Assembly (NCBI GenBank): GCA_951406725.2
Contig: OX597816.1
Span: forward strand, 113,150,001 to 113,214,000
Length of the DNA: 64,000 nt
Reading direction: 5' to 3'
Source: Octopus vulgaris
Lineage: Eukaryota
Of this stretch, positions 27,816-40,699 are shown in pieces (within the stretch, counting starts at the first letter, position 1; every line of letters begins with the position of its first letter). Under the pieces are notes generated by a model. That model had not been told where the DNA came from and did no database searches. It saw only the letters and a list, made by a program, of their open reading frames with translations. The position numbers were made by a program, and so were the translations under genes.

Positions 27816-29384
27816 AGTCACCATGATATTTTTAACACTTTTTTATACTAACCTGGCTGAAACCACCTCTTTTTTTTCAAAAGAGGCTTTAAACTGATCA
27901 TATGCACATTTGCACTTAATTTAATATTTTGTTTTGTGTTTATTTCATAAAATTAGGTATTTATATTTTGTAGTGTGATTGTCCTGTACAATACTGGTAC
28001 TTCTTTTGTCAGACTATTTCAGTGAGATTTGAACACAGGAAAGTGAAGCTAGATACTATGACATACTTTTGACTGATTCTATATTGTCTATAGTTATATG
28101 TTTTTCTCTATTATATCTTTGTCTGAACAGGAGAGACTGTAATCATAGCTTAGAGTGTTGCCTAAGGATAACTGATTTTAATGTGGTTAAAGTTCAGTTT
28201 AAAATGTCTGATATCATGTACTATTAAAAATAATCTTACCAGAAGAAAGTAATTTAAAGAAAATTGAAGTCGTTTAAAAAGAAATCTCTGTAATCATTTT
28301 ACAAAAGACCGATATACAACATTATTCAAGATTTTTGTTCAGTAATGATCCATAAGATTAATGTTTTTGATTAGAAAGTATTTTAATAATTCATTTGTGT
28401 CCTAAAAGTAAGGAAATTAGAAACCAAATTTGTTGATCCCCGTTTTTGGTTGTTGTAGGTCATTAACTGACAAAACCATATATGAATGAGCACTTTCTGT
28501 CCATTGTGAATGAAGGCTGCGTAATGAATGGAGAACCTCTATAGAATCTATATCAATATTGTATGTGTAGTTGTTATAGTAAAATTTCATATCAAGGACA
28601 GCTGCTTGATGCAATTACATAGGGAGTTCCTATGAGTAACAATTATGATAATAACATGTTCATTTATTTTCTTTTGTGTTCATTTCTATTTAATTTCCCA
28701 TTTCCTTTATAAACAGGATTCTGCTGTTAAGTGATTACACTGAAAATGAAGTCTGTAATGTTTTCTTTCCTCCTGAATTTGTATATATATCATTGAATTT
28801 TCTGAGCTATAACTTTACATTTTACTTTATATTTTAACAGTCTCTTATATTTGACTTGTTAAAGTGATTAGGTTTTAAATAATGTTTTTGTGAAGGCCAT
28901 TACCAGCATTTCAGCAGGAAAAAAAGAAATTTGAATCTTGTTTAATCTTAATGAACTATATCTTTTTGATATTACAATAATTGAGCATTAGTCTTTTATC
29001 TCACTGAAAGCTGGTTGTTAAAGGACTATTGGTGAAAATAATGTTATTGATTATTCTCCATTACACTCATTCAAAGTATTTAATAACATTTCTTTGCATC
29101 AACTTGTCTTAGTAAGTCCACACAGAAGAGATCTAAATCAAAAAGAACATATCGATTAGATGGTTGAATGTTATTACAGTACAGTAATACCATGCCAGGA
29201 ATATTTCCAAGAGTGGTACTTTAGGAATGAGCATACCAAATTTAGCAGCCAGGTCGAGTTTCAGTGGTAGTCAGCAAATTGATGTTGTGATTGACTAAAG
29301 ATTAAATCAAACAATGGAAAAGCCTGAATCGTATTCTGATTTCAGCTTACAATATGTACTTCAAGAACCCATCCATTTTAGTGG

Positions 29385-29388
<4 letters not shown>

Positions 29389-29482
<94 letters not shown>
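29389..29482. repeat. Compound (TC)n(TA)n(GA)n microsatellite, self-complementary
   Basis: Read directly: TC 29389-29422, TA 29423-29456, GA 29457-29482. Confidence 0.95.
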
Positions 29483-29516
29483 ACAGAGAGAGAAGAATCC
29501 ATTCATTATATATATA

Positions 29517-29558
<42 letters not shown>

Positions 29559-29964
29559 GGATGGATTGATGGATGGAATTATGTGATGTAGTAGTTAGAC
29601 TGTTGCATTCCTGATCATAAGGTTGTTATGGGTTTTGATTCCTGGATTAGGCAATGCATTGTGTTCTTGAACAAAACACTTCAGTTCACATTGCTCTGGT
29701 CCACTCAGCTGGCAAAAGTGAGTAATCCTGCAATGGAGTGGCATCTGGTCCAGAGGAAGGAATATATATTCCACATAATCCAGGAAACTGGTCTATGAGC
29801 CTATGGTTTGGGAAGGCCCTTTCATTTTCTTTTTTTTTTTTTACTTTATTTTTTGGGTGATAGATATCCGGTCAGAATGTTATTGTTGGTTTTGCATCAA
29901 TATTGCTACTAGAATATATTAATAACTCTTCAGGTATGCGAACTGGAAGCATATATATTACATA

Positions 29965-30181
29965 TATGAGTGCTGAAAAATTCCTGGCTTTAAGGGTATT
30001 GTGAAAGGCCTGGTTGGAGGCTTAACCTTCTGAGTTCTTTTACAAGGCTTAGAAAAACTGAAAGACCACTGCAATAAGTCTGCAAATCTGAGAGGGGAAT
30101 ATGTTGGATAAAATCAGAATTAACTGATCCTCCTGTATTTTCTTTCACCCAAAGCCAGGAACTTTTCAGCACCCCCTCATA
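29965..30181 (+). mobile_element. Mariner-derived MITE retaining the transposase C-terminus
   Basis: TA-flanked TIRs gtgctgaaaaattcctggcttt / aaagccaggaacttttcagcac. Internal QGLEKLKDHCNKSANLRGEYVG* resembles the mariner GI.KL..RW.KC....GDYVE* end. Confidence 0.8.
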
Positions 30182-30308
30182 TCCCTCTCACACCATACTC
30201 AGGTCTTTGGAAAGCATGCACTGAGCAATTTTGATACTCAACAAAATGATTTTATTCAGTTTCACATAAATCACAAACTTAACTTCTTTTTACAAGTATA
30301 CCATTGTT

Positions 30309-30348
<40 letters not shown>

Positions 30349-30504
30349 ATGCTGGTCTCTGTGTAACCTCAATTACAAATTTTATTTCCTCTTTTAAGGG
30401 TTTTAGTCATCTCTGTTAACCACAGTACTTTGGTATTTCTTTTATCAACCTTGCAATAATACTGTTAGAGATTTTTCGATCAAAACTAAACAAGCAAACA
30501 CACA

Positions 30505-30675
30505 CACACTTACATAAGGCAGTCTGTCAGATACTTTCATCTACTGAATTTCACTTATAAGACATTGGCTGACCTAAAGCTAAGACACTTGCCCAAAGTA
30601 CCACACAGTATGATTGAACCAGGAGCCTTGTAGTTGCAAAGTAAAGTTTTTAAACCAAGCAACCCTTCTTGTACT
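30505..30675 (-). mobile_element. SINE family B, degraded
   Basis: agacacttgcccaaagtaccacacagtatgattgaacc is the reverse complement of the family B body. Confidence 0.7.
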
Positions 30676-30964
30676 CACAAGACATATGTTACTCTGTCCC
30701 TTAATTTCACTGCTCCACTGGATTTCGCATAATTAGAATTTATATCCAATGTATCATATATAACATGTCTATGTACATATTGATTTTATAAAGAACAATA
30801 ATATTCTATCGACAAATGAAAGGATAGCTGAGAAAAATATGAATTGCATACAACCAAAATATGGATTTACTTGTTATGTAGGAAGTAATTTCAGGATTTG
30901 AAATACTCTCTTCTTTCAGTTATTGTATGGTGTAGTTTTTGATGTACTTTTATTTCCATTTCAG

Positions 30965-31138
30965 ATCCTGATGCAATTCGTAATCTGAAAAGCATGGAAG
31001 GATTTATGGACAATTGTCCATCATGTCATTTACCATTTGACAAAGGCAAGAAACGGCGCCTTATTGATTCCTGTGGTCATGAGCGCTGCTATTCTTGCAT
31101 GTTTAATGTGGAGCAGTGTCCGCTCTGTGAAAATACTG
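30965..31138 (+). CDS. TANC2: Coding exon encoding a C3HC4 RING finger; N-terminal region of a TANC / rolling pebbles (rols)-family scaffold protein
   Basis: Pyrimidine tract plus ttcag acceptor ending at 30964; donor G|gtaagt at 31139; 174 nt, phase 1-1. Translation xPDAIRNLKSMEGFMDNCPSCHLPFDKGKKRRLIDSCGHERCYSCMFNVEQCPLCENT fits C-x2-C-x15-C-x-H-x2-C-x2-C-x6-C-x2-C. The FDKGKxRxLIDxCGHERCYSCM string matches my recollection of the rols/invertebrate TANC RING. The symbol is family-level; TANC1 vs TANC2 orthology cannot be resolved here. Confidence 0.9.
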
Positions 31139-31356
31139 GTAAGTTCACTGCTACTTATATATTTACTTGACCAACAAACAGTAACCTCTCCACTTAATAT
31201 ATCTTATAGCTACTGTTACTATAATGTAATCAAGTCTCTTAATCATATCATTTGTTTCTTTCTGCTACAATTTTCATAGTAACTTAGCATTTTCTTCCCA
31301 ATCAAGATAATTTTTTTGTTTTTCATAATTTGATTAAAAATAATCATTCTTTGCAG

Positions 31357-31569
31357 CAAACCCTGCCAAAACAAATGGACATTTTTCACGTCAGAGTAGT
31401 GTAGAGTCAGCTGTATTCACTCACCACCGACCTAAATTAAAAACAAATGGACATTTTACCACTTATATGCAGACTCGAATGGATATATCACCTACACCAG
31501 CAACAGAAACGAATCCTTTTTTATCACAACCTTCTCCTAAACTGGCCAGTCGAAACACAGGACAATCTG
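31357..31569 (+). CDS. TANC2: Next coding exon of the TANC/rols-like gene (Ser/Pro/Thr-rich linker after the RING)
   Basis: Acceptor ttctttgcag ends at 31356; donor G|gtaagt at 31570; 213 nt, phase 1-1, in frame with the RING exon across a 218-nt intron. No stop codons: (A)NPAKTNGHFSRQSSVESAVFTHHRPKLKTNGHFTTYMQTRMDISPTPATETNPFLSQPSPKLASRNTGQS. Confidence 0.85.
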
Positions 31570-34500
31570 GTAAGTGGCAAACATTTCTTTGCAATAATTC
31601 TCACTTGAGAGACATTGTGCTTCCTTTAAAAAGATGAAAAGAATTTTATAGAACAGAACCTGGTTTTGTTTTGTTGTTTGTTTGGAATCACTGATTTTTA
31701 TTGTGCCTTCAATATTTGATTGTTCAGCTCTCAGGAATCCAAGGTACTTGATAAAATCCAATTCAGTTACAGATTTTTTTGCAGATTTTTTTTTTAATGT
31801 CTTTGATAGAAATTTACTAGTATTTAATAAAGAATTTGTAACAATATTACATTTTCTTTGATGAGTTCCCGAAATCATAGATTACTTATATTGTTGAATG
31901 TATACAGGAAAGATTACTTCACAATGTGAATATGTAATGTCTATAAATGAAATAGTATATTGGATGGAAAAGTGCAGTAAGTTTATATTGGAAGTAACCA
32001 AAATAGAAGTAGCAAACATGGTAATGTTTGTAAAGAAGTTTAAGATCTGATAACTCTTAAAACCTGTTGAGAAAATGACGATGAAGTATTTCCTGAGGAT
32101 CACAAGCTGTATTACTGATCTTTTCCTTCAGTTTTGTGTGTCTTTGTTATCTTGTGCTTTGAAAAAAGATAAATTCTCAATACATCATTCAAGAAAAGTT
32201 GTTGCTGTTGTTGTTGCTTAGCCATAAGTCAGTCCATATTGAGCAGATCCTTGATCAAAGGTTTTCCAGCTGTGATCAATGCTGTTTTGTTTCAGATTGT
32301 GAATTATATTATCCAATGTGTCCTTCCTTTTCTTGTATGATGCAAACATGAAACAAAAACCAAAGTGAAAAAGTCTCTAACTATTCAAATCAGCCTGCTG
32401 GAAATAGCTGCCAAATCTCTCTCACACTACATCCTAGTCTAAAACACGGCAGGACACATTTGATAATGTATTCTTAGATTCAGTAAGATTCTGTTGAAGA
32501 GATATGTTGATATTTGTATAACACCATTATACTCTGAGGTGACATCTGATCAAATATGTCATTTATGTTTTAACTTCTCTTAATCTTAGCATTTTGCTGA
32601 TCTCACATCAATTTTTGAAGCATCTCAAATCTCACTTAACATCATCTGACCAGTATTCCTTTATGCATTCCTATAGATCAATACCATCTCCATGTAAATG
32701 AAACCTTGTTTTAACAACTTGTCCTCAACAAATTACCAAACCAATGTGGATTTCTAAACTAAGATATATTCATATTGGCAATGTATGCTACTTCACTCAG
32801 ACTAATAGTATACTGTGTGTCAGTGGAGCTTAAACATCCACACACGTGCATGCATGTGTGTGTGTGTGTCTTCTCAATCATAGATTTCTTTCCTCTGTGC
32901 ATCAGTAAAGACTAGTAGTCATCTAAAAAGATATGAGAAATTGTCTTTTACCTAATCGCTGATATCGAAACTACTTTATGCTATTCAGATAGCATTCCAT
33001 ATTTCAGATGGACAAATGATAAATGTAAAACATCCAGCCCATGCATACACAGACACATACATACTCAACACACACACACACACACAAAAACACACACGCG
33101 CACACGTATATAAGAAAGTTAATATTTGACTCTGATTGTTGTTGTTTTTCATTTACTTTAAATGGTTACATATGGTTATTAATGAAGTCAGAATTTTTTT
33201 TTTTTTTCATATATATTCTGAAGATCAAAATGTATAGAACAAGAAAAAGTAAGCAAATGGCATTAGAGAAATTCAGATATTCTCCTGCAAATATCTGTTA
33301 ATTATTACATTGAAATATTTCTTTTAATTTGTTAGAAAAGTATGAGAGAAGTTTTTCTTTACATGCCTGTTTAAAAGAAATAAATCAAGTTATTGATTTT
33401 ATATCTCTTTGATTTCTGAAATGAGCCATTTTCACTTGAGACCAGCTATACTAAGGTGTAAGTGCAAGAATCTGGGGATTCATTGATAGAGATGCCATTT
33501 AAGGAATAACTAAAGTTACGTTTTTGAGTTATAGGCAAGATCATATCAGTTTGGTTTTTTTTTTTTTTTTTTTTTTTGTAAGGAATAGTAAAGCATAGAA
33601 TCTGAGAAATGTTATGTTGGTCTAAATCAGCAAATATATTCTATGTCATGGAGAAGAAGAAGAGGAGTCTAACATTTCAGACAGAAAGAAAAGTTGTTTA
33701 CTTGTGTTCCTGGATTAGGAGTATTCAATCTCTATTCAGAATATATTTGTGATAACCAAAGATACAATGTTTAAGTATCTTATCATAGATAAGAGTATTT
33801 TTAAGGACTTTTTTCATTACTGCTTTAATACCTCTCAAAATGTATATAAACATGATTTTTGAACAGCTAATAGCTTCAAGTAACAAGAATATACAATCTC
33901 AGTTGTACTTCATATAAACAGCCAAATGCTCTTATTTAAATCCTGGTTCCTAGCATCGAGTGCATTTCAGATTCTATAGAGTGATTACAAATGGCTTAAT
34001 TTCTTGTTCACATAACCCATTTCCACTTTGAATCTCCAATCTGTTTTGAGCCTTTAGCCATTTCTTATCTTTTATTTATACGCTTCTCTTCCATTTACAA
34101 CAAATACAATGGTAATCAACTTACAATGTACTTAGGCTGTTGCAGAATAAAATTTATGTTGGCTTCAACTGTACATTTATTTTATCGTAACTATGGCACA
34201 GGGAATTTTAATGATTATTTCACACTGTCCAAAGCTATACATTCTGCTGTGCATACTGGTATTCATCAAATGTTCATCGATATTTATTTAGTTGACAATA
34301 AACCAAACCTAAATTAGAATGAACTTATTTAACGAGAATGTTTTCTCATGCAGCATATTAGCTTCTCTAATTGAATGAAGCTTACAGGATCAATGAAAAT
34401 AAATTACATTCTCTTTTTTACATCGTGTGACAATTTGACATTGAAAGCTTATAACTATTTTGTTCATTGGCTTTCTTAAATTTAAAATATTACTCAGAAA

Positions 34501-35190
34501 CCTAAATATAAGTTGCTACAAAATCATCCCAAATATTCCCAATGTGAACTTTCTTAGGATTATCTTATTCCATTTCGAAAGTAACAATAATTTCAAATGA
34601 TTTGAAAATATTAAATATTATAAAATCTGGGAATTAAACCATTAATAAACAAATATGATATATTAATGAAATTGTTTAACATAAGGAACAGACATCATGA
34701 TAATTGAAAATAGTTGTGATATGTCTTCACAAAATAATTGAAAATTATAAAACCATTTATAGTTAATGATCTCACTATTAATTTAACATTAACTATTTAT
34801 AATTTGAAGCTGTAGCATTTATTTTATGTTGTAAATAAGGTTTCGTAATTTTGAATCTAATATCCAAAACAGCTATTCATTAACCCCTCTTTTACAATAG
34901 ATGAAATTGACTGAAACATTGAAATTCCTCATTCAGTCCATTTGATATCAAACTGAGACTGACCCTAGTTCCATAGTATAAACCCTCCCATTTTAAAGTT
35001 TTCACATTTAAATTAAAAGCAGTCATTGTAATTTTATATTAGAACCTTTTGTTTTCTTGTTATTAGATGCACAGCTTAATAATGAAAATTAGAAATGATC
35101 TTTTTCTCTTCAATATTCTTGATGTTTTTCTCTGTAAATAGGATATAAACAGTGTAGGTTATTTGAGATATGCTCTCTCCCAGTAAATTT

Positions 35191-37280
35191 TTTATTTCTT
35201 TATTGTCACAGGGGGTTAAATAGAGAGGGGACAAACAAAGACAGACAAAGGGATTAAGGTGTGTAACTGGTACTTATTTAATCGACCCTGAAAGGATGAA
35301 AGGAAAAGTTGACCTTGGCAGAATTTGAACTCAGAATGTAAAGGAAGACGAAATACTGCTAAGCATTTCGCCCGGCGTGCTAATGATTCTGTCAGTTCGA
35401 AGAGGTTGGTGAGTGATGAACATGGTAAGAATAAATGGGTCTAGTCTGAGCGTGTAATTGAGGGCCAGGAATTGACAATTGAGAGAGAGCACTTGTTAAG
35501 TCAATTTAATTGCCTAAACTGACTCACTTATTTCTTATTTCTTTATTGCCCACAAGGGGCTAAACATAGAGGGGACAAACAAAGACATTAAGTTGATTAC
35601 ATCGACCCCAGTGCATAACTGGTACTTAATTTATCGACCCCGAAAGGATGAAAGGCAAAGTTGACCTCGCCGGAATTTGAACTCAGAATGTAATGGCAGA
35701 CGAAATACTACCAAGCATTTCGCCCGGCATGCTAACATTTCTGCCAGCTCACCACCATATATAAACTGACTCACTTGTAGCCTTGTGCTTACATAAGAAA
35801 TCATCACCATTATCAATAATATTAATTCCATCATTTTTATCATTTTTAATAATCTCTGTACATACCATTTAAAGATAACAAAAGAAATTATGATTAATGT
35901 GATGGCAGCAGTATTGTTATTGTTTAGTTTCAGTTTATCCCTGATCAAGTTCTAGCTATGACTTTCCCATCTTAGTTTTCAGTCTTTGAATATCTAGACT
36001 ATATTAATATTAGGAGTGTGACAGGTGGTGAGCTGGCAGAATCATTAGCACACTGGGCAAAATGCTGAGTGACATTTCATCCATCTTTACATTCTGGGTT
36101 CAAATGCTGCCAGGCTCCGCTGTGGCCAACATTGCCTTTCATCCTTTCAGACTTGATAAAATAAGTTCCAGTTGAGCACTGGGGGTCAATTTAATAACCT
36201 TAACCCCCACCCCCGAAATTGGTGGCCTTGTGCCAGAATTTGAAACCAATATTAGGAGTGGGGTATTGACAGGCATATTAGGGCATCAGAGAAAATAGCT
36301 TTGTTTTATTTGTTTTTCCCACCACTTTAGGTTCTGAGTTCAAATCCTACCAGGATCAACTTTGCCTTTCACATCTTCAAGGTTGTTACCATAAATATTA
36401 ATCAAATACTGGTGTCAGTTTAATCAACTAAAACCTTCCCTTCAAATTTCAAGTTTTGTGCCTATGTTACAAACAATTATTGTTAGCTTTAAGAGTGAAG
36501 CGGCAAGCTGGTAGAATTGCTAGCACATCGGACTAAATGCAGTATTTGGCCTGTCACTACACTCTGAGCTCAAATTCTGCTAAGGTCGACTTTGTTTGCA
36601 TCCTTTCTAGATCACTAAATGAATTATTGGTGAAACACCGGGGTTGATGTAATTGACTAGTCTCCTCCTACAAAATTTCAGGCCTTGTGCCTTTCATTGA
36701 AAGGATTATTAATTTTAAGAGTAATAAACTAAATGCTTATGGTATTTAGAGATGCCTCGCTATATGCTTTGAGTTCAGCTCCTAAGGTCAATTTTGCAGT
36801 GCATCCTTCTAAGTGGGGAACTTTCAATAAAATAAACTAACATTCAAATACTTAATGTTGATATCATCAACTGGTATTTCACTTTGTTTCATGTTAGAAA
36901 TTGTTATTATTGTTGTTAACAAGGTGGCAAGCTGGCAGGATCATTAGCATACTAAGCAAATGCTTAGCAGCATCTTGACTGTCCTTATGTTCTGAGTTCA
37001 AATTCTACTGATGTCAACTTTGCCTTTCATCCTTTCAACACTGGGGTTGGTGTAATCAACTAGTCCCCTTCCCTGAAATTTCAGGCCTTCTGCCTTTAGT
37101 AGAAAAGATTATTATTATTGTTCACAATCAAGGCAGTGAGCTGGCAGTGTTTTAGCCATCTACATTCTGAGTTCAAATCCTGCCAAAGTCGACTTTGCCT
37201 TTGATCCTTTTGAGATTGATGTAATCAACTAGTCCCCTCTCCCAAGATTCTGGCCTTGTGCCTAAAGTAGAAAGAACTAT
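35191..37280. mobile_element. Cluster of about eight SINE family A copies (two on -, about six on +)
   Basis: Minus copies at 35191-35399 and 35530-35761 (TSD taaactgactcactt). Plus copies at 36019-36247 (TSD aatattaggagtg), ~36260-36480, ~36497-36713 (TSD tttaagagt), ~36723-36900, ~36920-37110 and ~37128-37280. Each carries the gagttcaaat...actttgcctttcatcct core. Confidence 0.9.
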
Positions 37281-40200
37281 TGTTAGCAATGCCATGTCAC
37301 TGATGTCTGGAATTCCCATATAGTATTTCCAAGTCTTAGAAATATTATATGTTCACTCCTTACAAGTCTTCTCTAACCTTTAAGCTACACAAGATTAAAA
37401 AAAAAAAAAAAAAAAATTGAACAATATGTTTTTTTTAGAATATGAAGATGCCATTACTAGTCAGAGGTGTCAACTGTTTCAACTAACCATGAAATTCAGT
37501 ATTGCTTTAGAATTATTCCAACATGAGTTTGAAATAAGGCTAATTTTCTTTTATATTCATCTGTAACAAAATACGAACAGTTCAGTTTTTATTGCCTAAT
37601 GGAATTTCATAGAGAAAAAAGTTTTACTTGGAAAATTTGGCTTTTTTTCCATGTAAAAAACTTTGGTTTTACTATTTAATATGTATATAGTCTAAAAATC
37701 TGGAAATAAGTTAATGGAGAAAATCTATTTTATTATATATATGGAAATACAATCAAAATGAAGAATATTATTGATTTTTTTTTTTTTTTTTTGTAATTTC
37801 TGTCAATCAAGTTGTCTATTCAGCTGTTTTTCTCTTTTTACTCTGTTTTACATGAGCAATTTGATGATGATGATAATCGGGATCATGATGATGATGATCA
37901 TGATGATGACGATGCTATTTATTCAAAATATTTTAGAAGATTTAAATTTTAGATTTTTTTTTTTCCTTATTCTTCTTGGTTGATATAGCACTAGCATTGA
38001 ATTTGTTGATTGCCGTTTTGAAAGATTGAAGATTGGAACCATGTGTAAATATTGATTATCTAATGAACTCTGAAAAGGAACAGTTTGGAGAAAGAATAAG
38101 CAGTTGCCATGAAATTCTCTCGAGAGGAATAGTTTTTTTTTTTATGTTGATTTTCTAACAAAGCTGTAAAAAGAAAATAGATCCTCTTCTGAACATTGGG
38201 TGTGTTAGTAACAACAGAACAACTATCAATGTATAAAATTGGTTATTGAAAAGATATACATGAGAGTTAGCTAATGAGATTCACATTTTTCTAAATCAAG
38301 AAACTCAAGTGTAATGAAAAACAGTATTTGTTTAGCTGGAAATTTCTAATGCTGTACTGCATCAGCCAATTCTTGTGAAGTTCATTAGAATTCTTAAATC
38401 TCCATGTTTTCTTTTAGTTTCACATTACAATCATTTTTAATCATCTGTTTTTAACTTACTATTCTATAAATCTAAGATTTTTATATTCCCATCTTTATAG
38501 ACATAAAGAGTTAAATTTCATATTAACAATTAATAAAAGATTGTTATTTAGAATTTTAAAAGATTAAAGTGTATTTTATGGCCTAAATATTTTCTTTGAA
38601 AAATTTGAATGTAAAGTTATATATATATTGTATAAATGATTGTAAATATTCAGGTATTTAAATGAAATGTTTTAGTAGGCCTTTTATTGTTGGTTGCTCT
38701 CTTGCGAGGAAGAAAAAGAAAGAAAAATCACACACATTAACAAGTGAATTTCAGTGGTGCTTGTAGATTAGGCTGTGCTTTGAGGTAAAAGTAAACAATA
38801 GTTCATACAAACTTGTCATAATTTGGCTAAATTATTAATGGCAAACTTAGAATTTTATATATGAAAAATGCAACTTGACTCTAAATATATTTCTTTTTTA
38901 GTTTGATTTTCTATAATTTTTTTCTTTTATTGATCACAGCTGAAAAATATCTATAACATAGAAATAAAAAAACTCACTGAGGATCTTTGATATATGAAAA
39001 TTATAATTCTTTTACAAACACAAATATTTTATTTGAATTTTTTTTTTGATCTTCATTTTATTCATTGTAGATTTCTGTTAAATTTTTTGTGATCTAGCTT
39101 TTCACTAGACTATATGCTAACATGATCACCAGAGTTCTATTGCCTACCATGGTGTGTGATATTGCCTACCAGTGGTGTGTGATATTCTTATGTTTCTCAG
39201 AATTCTTCAAAGTATTTTGAATATGTTAGCAAATTGAAGTTTGACAACTTCATAGAATTTTATATACTATTAGCAACTTAGCTTTGTATTTTCTTAACTG
39301 CTTGAAATTAAATTTCTATCTTATATTGAATTTGAATATTTAGTGTTTATAGCGATTGATTCTGACTATTGTTATCTTATCATACATTAAAACCATGGTC
39401 CCTCTTTATCTCTTCTAAGTATAATGATGAATTTTTAACTTTTACTCAATTACTGTCTTTGATGTTATTCATATTTAAGAAATGGAAGTTATAAAAGCAA
39501 TAAGATGTATAACTATACCAGACACATTTATTTTCTCTTGTGATGCATGAAAGATTCTAGAAGAAAGAATTTGTTCTTGCAACTTTTCTCTCTCATATTC
39601 AAACATTTGCTAATATTTAATATACTAAAGCTTTTGTGAGTAGTGAATATTGAAACAATTGTACATGTTTAGAGTTATAGTGAGGAAAATCCCAATAGAT
39701 GCAGGCCAGTATTTTAAGTATGCACAGAAATCGTACTAATATATTTACATTAAAGTAATAAAGTGTGTTTAGACTATTAATGTCACTTTCTGTGGTTTTG
39801 TATATGGTTTTATATAACTATATTTACATCTAATTGGCTTTGGGTGCAATATTTTTACATTTGTTTTACTTACCCCCAAGAGTTTAGAAACTGAATACTT
39901 TAATGTTTTATGGGTAACAGTCTTAAAGTAAAGCAATATTATCTGAAACTCTGATCAAAATATAGTTTAAATAAAAATGTAAAAGAAGTTAATAGTAATT
40001 GTATCAACCCTTACACTTTGATATTGCATGTCTTAAAACAAAAATATAATTCACTAGTAATAAGGTTGGCAAAACAAGGGAAATAACTCTAACCTTACCT
40101 ATTTCAAAGTTAATCTTAAGACCTAAATATAGTTGCTTAAAAGTTTTATATTCAACTTGTTTCACTTTGATTATATAGTTCAATTTATTTTGTTATAATC

Positions 40201-40699
40201 GTTTTCTAAATTCATAGAAAGTGTTATATAATTAGATTAAATACATCAAAGTGGATTGTGGATTCCATAAATTTCTTTCAGGAAAGTTCAAGGAACATTA
40301 AGAGAGTTTATTCTTCAATTCGTATTACTTCTGGATAGTAACTGAAACTTAATTACTTCTTAATCAGTTTTGTTTTGTTTTATTATTGTTGTTGTTTGAT
40401 AAGGATTATTATTTGTTATGTTATTCTAAGGGGAATTACTCTTCAATGATGAACCTTAATTTGGATATCAATAAAATTTTAACTCCATGTTTGAAAATAC
40501 TAAAGTAATCTGGTTATTAAAAGATGTTTTCAGGTTTTGTGATTTAAAAAGATAATTATTTCATTTAATTCTCTGAAGATATTTCTTTCATTAAAATGAA
40601 TTAGTTAATTTTTAACCCCGAGTTAGTGTACGTTTAAGCAGACATTTAATCACTTGTGATCCCATCCTTACCGTCCTATCTTATTTTCAGACATGATGA

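Noticed and set aside
31037-31279. 80-aa ORF from the track overlapping the RING exon
   Set aside because: It is in a different frame from the RING and runs through the splice donor into the intron; a shadow ORF.
38035-38050. GGAACCATGT|GTAAAT as another phase-1 alternative first exon
   Set aside because: The donor is weak and there is no independent support; chance occurrence is likely.
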